NCBI GenBank assembly: GCA_036172245.1
Contig: JAYWIR010000007.1
Coordinates: forward strand, 1,116,001-1,180,000
Direction: 5' to 3'
Length of the DNA: 64,000 nucleotides
Source: Raillietiella orientalis
Lineage: Eukaryota
Shown: positions 53,000 through 64,000 of the stretch, piece by piece
Layout: each line of letters starts with the position of its first letter
How positions within the stretch are numbered: position 1 is the first letter of the stretch
Made by a program: the position numbers and the translations under genes
Notes under the pieces: model-generated
Told to the model about the DNA's origin: nothing
Seen by the model: the letters and a program-made list of their open reading frames with translations, nothing else
Databases searched by the model: none

Positions 53000-53850
53000 T
53001 GACAAACAGCTCGAGTAGCCTGATGTCACAGCCCTCCTGGGCAAACCAACAGCACCTGGGAGAGGAAGCAAGTAGAAGTTCCCCAAGTCGAGACAGTACC
53101 TGGCAGCAGCGATGCCGGAATCCCCTGCTTTGCTCCCCGCGCTGCGGGAGAGCGGCAGCGGATGCACCAAAGGCGCGGATTGACTGTTCGGGACTGCAAG
53201 CAGCCCGCTACCAGTGGCAGCTGCCACCAAATGCGACTGTCCCGCTTCACAAAAACGGAGAAAAGGAATAGTTGCCCACAGGATACGTGGGACGTGGAAG
53301 AATCGAGACAACGACGCGTGGTCCGGAATCATGCAGAAGACGAACGTCCGGAAATTCTCTTCCCCAAAAGACAGAAGTGATGACGCACACGCCACGCCTG
53401 CCAGCCTCGTCGATCTGGAATTACCTGGCAGCCGTAGCGAAAGGTTGCAGAAACAACAGTGGTGGAGTGATCTGTCAAGGTAACCCTAGGACGACCTCAT
53501 GTTTTACTCAGGGGGAATCCTGAGTGATTTGAGGGCCACATACTGGACTTGCAGCATCCTAGACGGGTTCTGGATGGCGTGTGAGGTCATGGACACCCAA
53601 CTGCACGTGCTCACCTGCCCAAGGATGCGTTCAAGACTAAACAAAGCTACAGGAGACAGTGATGGTCCTGCGGAGGTCTAGTCCAGAATCCCGAAGAATC
53701 ATGAAAAATAAACATATATGCTTATTTACCCATATATTAATCTTTATAGAAATATATGTGTGAATATACATAATAGACAATTTATTTATTCATTTATTCT
53801 TTCTAATATATTGAAATCCATATATAAATCTTTATATATAGATATATAGA
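53000..53850 (+). mobile_element. Possible 3' end of a decayed non-LTR element with AT-rich tail
   Basis: ORF 53499-53681 contains knuckle-like MACEVMDTQLHVLTCP, followed by a stop, AATAAA at ~53706 and an abrupt ~150 bp AT-rich tract. Confidence 0.35.
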
Positions 53851-54114
53851 TGTATCGAGACTAGGATCGAGGAGCATCTCCAGCCTCCATAAAGGCGGAG
53901 TCGCACACCACCAGAGCAGCCAAGATGCTCCTCAAGGCAAGGAAAGGATATCCATCGTGCTCCCTGTCGTTCCCTGTCTCAATGGGATCGAACCTTCTCG
54001 GATTCGATGTCTCGGTTTCAAGAAGGCTCGTCATCTCAGTCGACCGCTCCCCGATCAGATCAGGTCCAGATTTCTAGGTCAGAGTCAAGATCTGCTAGAT
54101 CAACTTCAAGCGAC

Positions 54115-55290
54115 AACCCCTGCCTCTCCATAAATCCCAAAGGGTGCTCCGTGATCCATTTTTAATCGTCCACGTCCCGAGCAGTTCGTTCAGCATCACT
54201 CTCACTCGAAAAATCGAAAATCCCCATGCTGAATGCAGATAGGTTCTGCAAATATCTTGGCAAGCCGTTTGGGATCGACACGCTTGGAAATGATCCCTCC
54301 AAAAAGCAGGTGGCAGCCAAGGCACGGACCCTGATGGACAGCGGGCTTTCTGCTTGGCAAAAAGAAGACGCTCCGAAGACGTGATCACGCACCTAAGGCG
54401 GGTTGGAGTCCATCTGATAGAGGCCACGGTGAAAAATTGTCTCAATCTTCCAACCATGGCATCCAACCAGTGCTTGTCTGGAGAGTTTTCCAAGGGATGT
54501 CTGGGATTACCTGGCATCACTCACGGATGGTGATGCAGGAGACTACATGGTGGAGAAAACAATGGATAAAAGCGGAAGGCTCAGAGACGGAACAGCGATA
54601 TCACATATGACACCAGTGGACAAGCATCCAACCGAATGACAGCGGGGTGGCCCTCCACTGATGGAGAGCCACGTCGGATGGTGAGGGAAGCAGGAAGACT
54701 GCATCCAGCATCCTTGCAGTACTACGAAGTGAGGCTTCGAAACCACCAATCAAAGAATACCCCGAGTAAGGAAATGCCATATCCTGCATGGAATGACATG
54801 TCCTGCCATGTCCTGACCTGCTCGTCGTTCCGTTTCCCCTTTCCAGTGGCTATCTACGAATTTTAGACTATGAGTTCATACTTGTAGCCCGTCTGAGGCT
54901 ATAAAAGGAGCAGCCAGGAGACAAGGTGAAGATAGGGAATGTTGCAAATGCATGGCATGCTGCACATACGAAACTTCTGCAAACCTTACTATTGCTTGTT
55001 CTTGCAGGATGGCAGCCATTGTGAACCACATCATAAAAGAAGCATACGGAACATGGAAAGGCATATCAAGAGAATAGCAAGCTCCAGATGTAGGTCTCCA
55101 ACTGTGACTAGACCTCTCCTCATCAAAACAGTGATTATGGATGGGAAGTGTTCCTTAGAGCGCTGCTTAAAAGCATTCCAAGTGGCTCGGGAGATCATGC
55201 AGAGAGAATATCTAGAGATGGATGTCCGAATACCCTCCAAAGGAATCATATCATTCGCGTCATCCTCGTGCATTATCAAGGATCCTTAAG
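54115..55290 (+). mobile_element. Decayed NeSL/Utopia-like (R2-superfamily, restriction-like endonuclease) non-LTR retrotransposon, 3' half
   Basis: Ordered motifs across frameshifts: CLSINPKGCSV (RT6), IPMLNADRFCKYLGKPFG (RT7), SGLSAWQKEDA (LAPWQK-like), VKNCLNLPTMASNQCLSGEFSKGCLGLP, knuckle KCMACCTYETSANLTIAC / HCEPHH, endonuclease-like TRPLLIK ... MDVRIP. Confidence 0.7.
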
Positions 55291-55469
55291 ATCCAAACAA
55301 CGAGCCATATGGGCAAATTTCTGGTATCTTTGAACATACAGTGAAGCAGAAATGTCTGCTGGACACATCATATAAATTAAACCCCTGAAGACCCCAAAAT
55401 GAACTTTCATTCAGGCTCTCAAGAAGAGTTCCAGTTCAAGAAGTGATAGAACCAAATGTTCTACCAAAA

Positions 55470-56530
55470 ATATAAATACAAACACAAAAACAAAGAAGTT
55501 CCATTTCCACTCGCCATTCGGAGTCCAATGCAGGGACTTGGAGTTTGGGGGAAAGCAGAGCAAAAGTGAAGCAGAAAATTGTAAAAAATGTTTGTTGGGA
55601 GGAGTGGGGTGGGAAGCGATCACTGTGCGTCCCGCGATGTTCTGTTCATCCTTTTGAGGATGCTGGCAAGTTGGCGTTCTTCTTTTTCCAGATGGAGCCG
55701 TCTCGCGGCAATCCTCAAAAGGAATTCTGACCAGTGAATGGCACCCCTGTCTTGTTGGTTTCTTCTCGTGGCGTTCTATGCCTCCACTATCCCTCCTATG
55801 CAGCATACAGTTGCTACGCACACGGCTCGTGGCAGTGTTTCACACGTGACAGCGTCTTTGGGATTGCTCCCGAGTATCCGGAGGGCCGTTGCAAAACGTT
55901 CCCATAGGGCCGGAGGGCAACACAGTCAAGAAGCAGGTGCGGGAGGGTCTCCCTTTCCTCTTAACTGTCGCACTCCACACTGACCCTCCCTAGGGTACAG
56001 TGGTGAAGGCGCGCTTTGCAGGGGATTCCCCAATGCAGCAGCAGCAACGCCGATTTCTCTTACTTGAGAGGGTGAGTGCGGTTGTCCTGCAACACTGAAG
56101 GTCACCTCAGAGATTCTCGAAGAATTCCCAGAAGCTCACCCCACCAGAAGTCCTTTGGGTGGGACTCGGGGTCTCAGCTTTATTCAGTTGTCCACGTACC
56201 CAGAATTTTCTTTTTTGCTGCAATGCAGCATGACCCCTCTTACCTTGCTGAAACGTCTCTGTCCCTTGCTTCCCTTAGGAGGGGCAGCATTAGGGCAAGC
56301 GGGTGAACGAAAGCCACAGCATCTTGAACAGATTGGTCACGATCTGCTGCAGCGACTGACGAGCATTTCTTCCTCGTCGCAGACAGGCGTATTCCGCCTC
56401 GTTCGAGCCGTTGACCTTTCCCCGTACAAAACTGACTCCTGCAGCCAGGCAGTGCAGTTCACAGGGAGGCAGGAGATCCAGGTGTTCTCCTCCACCAAGG
56501 TGTCCATTTGTCGGGGTCGTTTTCCACCCG
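55470..56530 (-). mobile_element. L1/Tx1-like LINE remnant (family copy 3)
   Basis: ENTWISCLPVNCTAWLQE (~56430-56490), LLLHWGIPCKARLHHCTLGRVSVECDS*EERETLPHLLLDCVALRP (~55905-56045); nucleotide match to 50610-50750. Confidence 0.75.
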
Positions 56531-57839
56531 GATTTCAGGACCAACTTCAGTCAAAAGTCAACAAAAAAAAAAAAAAGGAACGAGGGACTTGGACTCCAAT
56601 ATTGTGCCTAAGATGCCCAAGAAACTACAAGGAAATGCGATCATACTCTCCCATCTTCAACTTTAGAATGTCCGGAACAATCAGTACTTTGAAGCAAAAC
56701 AAATACAACGGACCATCCAAAGGATGGACAGTAGTGAACAGATAGTGGAAAAGTTCCCCTTTGTTCTTGTCATACTCCCCAAACTTTCAAAACAAAGGAC
56801 CACTTGACCACAAGTTGGGTGCCCTACTCACTCGATACTTGAAACTCAGAAAATGCTCCGTTACCTTCTCACGCTGCTTCCCTGCCTCTGCTCCATCTCT
56901 TGTGAGCCTGTAAGAGCCCGGTCTGTGTGTGTCTGAAGACGCAGTGTGCTCGTATCCTCCGTGTGGTTCCGTGATCGTGAACGTGGGCTCCGCGGATCCC
57001 GATTCTCCACAAGCATCCACTCGTTTCTAAGACGACCCTCATCGTTGTACGCTTGCCGAACATTCTTCTTCTATTTGATGAAAGATTCGAATTTTCTGTA
57101 CTTACAAGCATGCTTAAAAGGGTAAAATTCCATTTCCCGATTTGGATAATTAAGAACTGCGTTCATGGTTGCGAGATTGTGAGCAATCACTGAATATTGG
57201 TGAGAATGATCAGAAATGGAATAGATTGTTGAAAAGAGGTGGTAAATAGACCTGAAGATTAAATTCCATACCATTATCTTCCATACCAAGACGAGATTAA
57301 ATGGGAGTGAAAATTTAGTACTCGAATGTGAATGTATTAAATAGAATAGATGCTATGCATGGCATACTATAGTTTAATCTTACTTTGTGGTGATCGTGCT
57401 GCCAAATTCCTGTTTCTGTCATCAGTTATCGGAGTAGGGAACGCGGGTGAGCTTCGTGGCCTGGCTGATAATTTGGTAGGCAGTTAAATGGGATCACAGA
57501 GGTTTACCTCTGTGTTTCGCAAACCTTCGTCCTAATTCTTCCTTCAAGGACGTTTAAGAAAAGGCTACAAAAGTCAGTTGATTTTGCAAGATGCTACACT
57601 TGACACCATCTTCCTCAAGAGATTAAATCCTGTTTGCAAGCTGTAAGCACAAAAACAATCACAGCCATCAGTTTCGTATTCAAGCTAGAGTCGCTCGTGA
57701 TGGAGCTTTTTTCCTATTCAATACATATTCCTGTTATTTCTGAATTTGGAATGCCTTTTTGGAGGTTTTGACTATGTAAATGAAAATCACACTCCATCAG
57801 TACGTTACAAAGAAGTCTGCTGAGCGTCCCCCAAGCTCT

Positions 57840-58330
57840 CGAGTCCGCCTGAAGGACTTGGGCGCTCGCGTCGCGATGGAGGCCTCGGCCTGTTGACACT
57901 GGGGCGGCCGGAGCTGCAGCTCCAGTGGAGGACACTTGCCCTAGTGGCGAAGATGTGGAGCACCAAGTGGTGTGAGCCTTTGCGACACCTGGTTCAGTGA
58001 TCCAGCGGCTGCGCGGAACTGTCTTCCTAGCGTGGCGCCAGAGACGCTACCTGTTCCATTTAGGACTGGAGCTCCGGCGAGTGGCCAAGCTGACCAGGAC
58101 GAACACCTGGATCTCCTGCCGGCCCGCGAACGGTAGTGTCTGGTTGCAAGAAACCGTTCGCATATGGGCCCAGAACAACTGCACTGCTGCACTCCTTTTA
58201 CAGCAACCGCTCTCTGCAGGACGTCATCGTGCAGCCCACTTCGTGTACGTGGGCAGAAAGGTCCCTAGCTGCGGCTCTGCCCTACGACCCAAGTGCCCCA
58301 CCGAAGGAACTATTGTGCTGGGGTGAGCTG
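57840..58330 (+). mobile_element. L1/Tx1-like LINE remnant (family copy 4, opposite orientation)
   Basis: RDGGLGLL thumb motif (~57872-57895) and NTWISCRPANGSVWLQE; reverse-complement match to 56437-56488 (ggcaggagatccaggtgttc). Confidence 0.7.
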
Positions 58331-58779
58331 CTAGGAATCTCACAGGAAGACCTAGAATGGCCCCCAGTGTTGAAAAACAATCGGGTCCTCTCACTGAACT
58401 GGCAGGAGTCGGCATTTCTTTTTACACCCGGATGCGCCGGGGCCGCTGCCGAGTCGAACCTCACCGGCCTGCGTGCCGGTTACACGGCGAGTTCCGAAGT
58501 CTTTCGGACATGTGTAGAGCTGATGGCCCTACACATGTTTGTTTGTTGTTAAAATAAACGCCCCGACGCACCCGGATGCCAAACAAAGAAGTCTGCTAAA
58601 AAAGAAAAAAGAGACGATCTCCGCGTGTTGGTGCAAATAAAATCGGTTCGATTGCCGCCGACCTCCGTTTCGTTCTCATCATTGCTTGCGGGCACGTGGG
58701 TGCAAGCCTGAGTGCAGGTACGGATGCTTGTACGAACACCTTCCGCTAGTGTACCTAGCTGTGCTTCCTGAATGTCGTT

Positions 58780-58960
58780 ACGGATGATTGTTATAATCAC
58801 TTTTGATAGTTTTACTCCTACTGGAGTGGATCGTTCCCCCTTAATATGTGCAACCTTCCCAGGGATGGAAAGGAAATGTGAAATCAACCAGATCGTTGTT
58901 GAGGTCTGACTGCCGTGCATAAATTCCAGTGGGAAAAATTTCGGATCCTTCTTCAAAAAT
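58780..58960 (-). mobile_element. Short decayed reverse-transcriptase fragment (CR1/L2/Jockey-like region between RT3 and RT4)
   Basis: TIWLISHFLSIPGKVAHIKGERSTPVGVK resembles WI..FLS.R...V.I.G..S.P..V; no GVPQG retained. Confidence 0.35.
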
Positions 58961-59173
58961 TCCAACATTGCCAATTACACGAGAAAAAGTTATGCTTTTT
59001 CTTCTCCAAAGAAACTGTTTCCGAGCATTTGTGGTTGTTTATAAATGTTATAATTGGATCCCCTCATTCGGCGACACGCACCATACATGGTGATAGACTT
59101 GCTAACAGACAAAAATATCGTTTGTTCAGATTTCAGTGCAGCATAATGTAGCTTTCATGAAAAGTGACCAAGC

Positions 59174-61913
59174 ATGACATTTGCCAGCATTTCAATCAGG
59201 AAAAACATTCTTTTAAAGTGTGCATTGACATGCACACTCAGATCTTGTTCTCAAATAGCTTATGATACACGAAAAACCAAAGATCCAGTTAGACAGTTAG
59301 AGAAGGGACCAGATTTGAATTATTTTATCCAAAATTCGAAAAGTTATAATCGTGTATCGCCAGAGAATAGATTATCATGCTCTTACATCACAGCTGAGGA
59401 AGTGAATGGTCATGGAAGGAAAGGTAAACCAAAAATGATCGCTAGCAAGTTGCTGCAAATCTTGCTTCTTTTACTTGCCAGTCTATTTGGAGGTATATGG
59501 TTGTCAAATGAATGTGAACGATTCTGAAATCGTATGGAGCATACTGAAGCAGAATGGATATGAGAGATGTGCAGATGTGTCACATGCTGATGTGATTCTT
59601 TTAATAACTTGTGCCATACGAGAAAAACCCGAAAATAAGATTTGGAGCAGATTGAAGAAATTCAAAGCTCTTCAAAACCAGCAGCTCAAATTCAATAAAA
59701 AGGAAATAAAAATTGGTGTTCTTGGTATGCTATTTTAAAATGCATTTGCTAAGTAAAACTTTTTTCAAAGTTGTAGTGAAATTTTTGAATAGTCATTTAC
59801 ATATTTTGAGTTTATGGTTTCTCTTTCAAAAAGAATGTTTTCCTAACTTAGCCTCGAGTATAATTTAATGCTTTTTATTACGCAAATTTAACGCAGCTGC
59901 TTGCAGAGTATTCAAAATGTTATGGAGAAGTTTCAATCTTTTGTTTCGATAATTCAAACAGTTAGCTGATTGCATCTTCCAAAGCTATAATGTGAAATGG
60001 GTGAAATTCTCGAATTTGTATAAAATATGAACTGCTTGAAAGTAGTAGTTATTTCTTTTGAAAATAACTTGGTAAATCTTGCAACTGAATTTGTAGGTAA
60101 TGGTTCTGTTGAATACATGATGTATTTTAAATGTTCATGATATAGAATGTATAACTATCTATAATTTTCGGACCATCTTTCTTATAGGTAGCAATATAAT
60201 ATGTCAAGTTTATGCATATTTTTGACAACCACTGTAATGTTGGAATTTCTTTGCATCATAGGTTTAGTTTTATTGCATATGTTTTCATGTATTTCTTGTT
60301 GGTACTGTGACAGACTGTTCTGTTTGGAAGGACTGCAGTTTTTTTACAATACCTTACTGTTGAAATTAGGAAAATTTCCAATTTGTTGATGATATTCCAA
60401 GGCTGTATGGCTGAACACTTGAAACACCAGCTGATGGAAAAGGAGCACTGTGTGAACATTGTAGCAGGACCAGATGCATATCGTGATTTACCTCATCTTC
60501 TTGCAGTTGCCAGGGATAGTCATTCTGCAATTAATGTTGCTTTGTCATTGGAAGAAACATATGCAGACATCATGCCAGTGCAGTTTAACAGTAATGGAGT
60601 GACTGCATTTGTGTAAGCATTTGATTAAAATCAATTATATGAAATTGATTATTATTACTTCAGTTCAATAATGAGAGGATGTGATAATATGTGTAGCTAT
60701 TGCATTGTACCATTCACTCGGGGAAGAGAAAGATCTCGCTCTGTCACTTCAGTGATTGATGAAATCAAGTATTTGCGTGATCATGGTATAAAGGAAATAA
60801 CACTGCTAGGTTGTGAGTACTTGGCTTAGAGAAAGTTGTGATGTCGAATTTCAGGACAGAATGTTAATAGCTATCGAGACATTTCTTACATGAATTCCAA
60901 AGGCCAAACTGATGTTCAGTTGTCGCAAGGATTTCATACTATATATCGGCCAAAAAAGGGTGGCCTGCGATTTGCGGAACTTTTGGACCAGGTCTCTTCA
61001 GCTGCACCAGAAATTAGGATTCGCTTTACTTCACCACACCCCAAAGACTTTCCAGATGAGGTTGCATTTCTAATCTTTCTGAAGTTGGTTTTTTTGAAAT
61101 GGATATTTGCAAGGTGCTGCAAATCATTCAAGAACGCAAAAATATTTGTAATGCTATTCATCTTCCTGCTCAGAGTGGAAACAATCGTATTTTGAATCTT
61201 ATGCGACGAAATCATTCACGAGAAGCATATCTCAGCTTAGTTGAGCGCATCAGATCGATAATCCCAGATATTTCCCTTTCCAGTGATTTCATCTGTGGCT
61301 TCTGCACAGAAACTGAAACAGAATTTCAAGACTCTTTGGATCTCATTAGTTGTGTTGGATATCAAAATGCCTACATGTTTGCATACAGTATGAGAGAGGT
61401 TTGTTGTTTTTTTTGTGCCTTTTGTTATATTGGTAAAGGTTTTTAGAAGACACATGCCTATCACCAGCTTCTAGATGATGTTCCCCATGAAGTGAAATTA
61501 AAGCGCCTAAGAGAGATGAGTGAATTGTATTATAAAACTGCTGCTAGAATCAATCAACAATTGCTAGGAAAAGTTCAGCTAGTCCTGGTGGAGAGGGTAA
61601 ACTGCATATTGATTGAAATACATGATAGCAGATGTGATTTAGGTGAGTCGTCGGTTGCAGTCTGAATTTGTAGGAAGAAATGATGGTAATCAACATGTCA
61701 TATTTCCTGCTGGGTGTATTCCAAATCCAATGGAAAGTTGCCAAGAACAGTCGATCAAAATAGGAGATTACATTGCAGTTAAGGTGGAGTTCTAGGTTGT
61801 TGTTTTTTTCAGTATGATAGTTTTCATAGATTTCTGGCACATCCTCCAAATCTCTTCGTGGAATTCCACTTTATCATTCCTCACTTCAAGATTTTGTTCC
61901 ACCACAACAATAA
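59174..61913 (+). CDS. CDK5RAP1: Mitochondrial tRNA methylthiotransferase CDK5RAP1 (MiaB-like radical SAM, UPF0004 + TRAM), ~571 aa, 9 exons
   Basis: Exons 59174-59423, 59482-59724, 60402-60612, 60664-60809, 60855-61060, 61114-61398, 61447-61596, 61643-61783, 61830-61913 (1716 nt, GT-AG, phase-consistent). Motifs [70 protein letters not shown] (CxxxCxxC), [51 protein letters not shown]; basic transit-peptide-like N-terminus; AATAAA at ~62111. Confidence 0.95.
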
Positions 61914-62499
61914 TTTTCACCCTTCAAATTAAAAGCAGCAGGTGACACCCATCAAGTGGTCAGATCTTGTGTCAAATATAAGAGCATTTTTGGTCAGGTT
62001 TGTTGACAGATATCATGAAGCTGTTCTGTTGACACATGTAATTGTCCTCAACTTTCGTTTCATACTTGTTAATTGTGTAATCTTAAAAAAAAAAATAGCA
62101 GCAAGCTTCAAATAAAAAAAACTCATACCCAGGCACAGTGATGATTCAACCACTTGTTATTGACTACTCATTTTATCCATTTTATTGGTTATGGTACTTA
62201 ATCATCAAAGAGTCAAAAGAAACCTTTTATCATTAGAATTATATGTGCAAGAACTAGGTTGTAATTTCAAGGATTCTTGGATTTGTTCCAGACCACTTTT
62301 TGTTCCTCTTTTGAATATAATTATATCTTTTGCATCATAGCTTCTCATTATGAAAAGCATATGAGAGAGGAAGTGGTAATGGTATATGAGAGAGGAAAAT
62401 CTTACTGTTAGTAATTGTTTCACTGTTCAACCAGTTAGTCCATGATGCCGAGAATGTGTTTCGGCTATTGTTATGTAAGAGATACAGATTTTTACAAGT

Positions 62500-62935
62500 T
62501 CCTAGACAAAGGGAACAGAAGATCTAGGGGAGGGCTCCCCGACACGCAGGTCGGTCACACCGAAACTCCGGAACGGGAAGGAGGGGACCACAGATAGATA
62601 TATAAAAAATATAAAAAAAATAAATATGGGGAGGGGGGTTGGGGATAGGGGTCTTTTGGTTGAGCCGTTCTTCCCTTTCAGTGTTGGATGCCGGGCAACT
62701 GCTCTGCTTGGGCCCGAACACATTCCAAAAGAGCTGCTGCGGTGCCTGCTCATGCAGGACAGCCTTCCTCCCCCTTTCCTGTGTAGCCTCAGGGGTATCG
62801 CGTTGTCCAGGAACACCGAGGAAGAGGGACGCGTTTCCGGATGCCTCAGCTCCTCAATCGTGAGGATCATGGCAACACGGCCTCTGAAGGTTGCCAGAGT
62901 CGATGAGGACGCCGTCTGCACCCGGCGGGCGTGAC
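62500..62935 (-). mobile_element. L1/Tx1-like LINE remnant, internally deleted 3' end (family copy 5)
   Basis: Abrupt GC rise; similarity to 50030-50200 (acacgcag..cgg, A-rich then G-rich tracts on plus), ~50510 (aaagagctgct) and 50880-51030. Confidence 0.55.
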
Positions 62936-63199
62936 CGGTGACCTTTGTTCCTCCCTCCCTTTTATTTCTCTATTTATTGTCCTTTTCCCTATGCCATCTA
63001 TGTCCCCCGGAATAGCTGAGCTGCGAGGCTGTGGTTTTCTTTTTCCCTCCTCTGGATCTAGGAAAGACCAGTGGATTTCATAATCCACATTGCCTGTTTT
63101 TTATTTTCCAAGCGAAGGACAGAAGGACACGCAGGGTTCGCAGCCTTCCCTCCTGACCCACGAATACGATGCGTCTCACATGTGCCGAAGACGGTCGTG

Positions 63200-64000
63200 T
63201 TTTTGTATGCTCCAGATCGGAAAGGCCGCTTCTGTTTACTCCTCTGAAGAGAACCCCGAAGGATCGCTTCCGAAATTCAGAAGGGTGCTCTCCGAAGGGA
63301 TCGGATCGCTTCTGTGCACTCTCTGGAGAGGTGGCGACACACCAACTCCATCAGTACGAAGCGGAGGGTCCGCTCCCTCACAACCTGAGGGGAAGAACCC
63401 CCTCTCCTTGGTTCCTGGAGGGACCCGGTGGTCGACTCCAATTGTCCTGGCCCTCATTGGGGGCATCCGGTTTCAACAAGAATGAATGTAGGCCAACCAG
63501 CGTTTGCAGTTATCTTGCGGGAGGAACTCGAACCCACGACGCACTGCGTCGATTCTTTCGGAGGATTCGAACCCGCGACGCATGGCACGACGCGCGGAGA
63601 CCACCGTAACCACGCGGCCTCCGACGCGGGCAAACACCAACTTCATCCATTTTCGAAGAGTGCACGGATGATCGAAGATGTGGAAGAAGCCATCTTGGCT
63701 CTTCCTGTTCACCAGGAAGCTCGGCAACCTTCCAAGACTGTTCGCTTCAAAGGTTCTCGAAGGTTCCGCTCGCCCATATTTCCGTAACGCATCTTCGTTC
63801 GAAAGCACCCTTTGACCCGAGGAAAGGGCGTTTCCATTCCGCCCGGATGCATTGGTCGCCGTCGGCGAGGTGGCCGCGGCTGCTGGCCTGAGCGGCAGTG
63901 CGGAAGCAGTAGCTCATGCTCCTCCAGCCTTCGTAACGACGAGAGCGAACTGCTGCGAACGGCTCAACGATGCACACGTTTCAGGCGCACACCGAGCACG
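63200..64000 (-). mobile_element. Copy C of the composite SINE-like repeat with tRNA-derived module (runs off the window end)
   Basis: Minus strand GTCGGAGGCCGCGTGGTTA (A-box-like, 63607-63625) ... GGGTTCGAATCC (B box, 63563-63574) followed by TCCGA, which can pair with the 5' end; second B-box-like GGGTTCGAGTTCC at ~63523-63535; collinear with copy A. Confidence 0.65.

Noticed and set aside
63558..63626. Functional tRNA gene
   Set aside because: A/B boxes are present but there is no clean anticodon arm, the T-stem is imperfect, and it is embedded in a dispersed repeat; treated as tRNA-derived.
1..64000. CRISPR array, rRNA, prokaryotic operon or defence system
   Set aside because: No regularly spaced repeats or rRNA-like sequence; all recognisable genes are spliced eukaryotic genes, including the MiaB-like CDK5RAP1, so there is no sign of contamination or recent horizontal transfer.

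Overview
Eukaryotic (invertebrate animal, plausibly nematode-like: many 43-75 nt GT-AG introns, frequent TTTCAG acceptors) genomic DNA; nothing prokaryotic and no CRISPR or rRNA seen. Three complete spliced genes were reconstructed by hand: an HHAT-like MBOAT acyltransferase (minus, 8 exons, 17737-26639, ~476 aa), a SON-like RS-rich splicing cofactor (minus, 10 coding exons, 29555-40120, ~1447 aa) that seems to end before the usual G-patch/dsRNA-binding domains, and the mitochondrial tRNA methylthiotransferase CDK5RAP1 (plus, 9 exons, 59174-61913, ~571 aa). The last two exons of an unidentified plus-strand gene probably lie at 141-305, followed by ~17 kb of non-coding, homopolymer-rich DNA. 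An unresolved exon-like cluster lies between SON and HHAT. The ~42.6-59 kb interval and the right window end are a transposon graveyard: several L1/Tx1-like LINE remnants of one family, two R2-superfamily (NeSL/Utopia-like) remnants, a piggyBac-like MITE and a composite repeat carrying a tRNA-derived module. The best leads are the truncated SON with candidate poison exons, an AG|GTAAGT recursive-type splice site in HHAT, and the composite tRNA-module repeat. Family assignments rest on recalled motifs; no database search was run.
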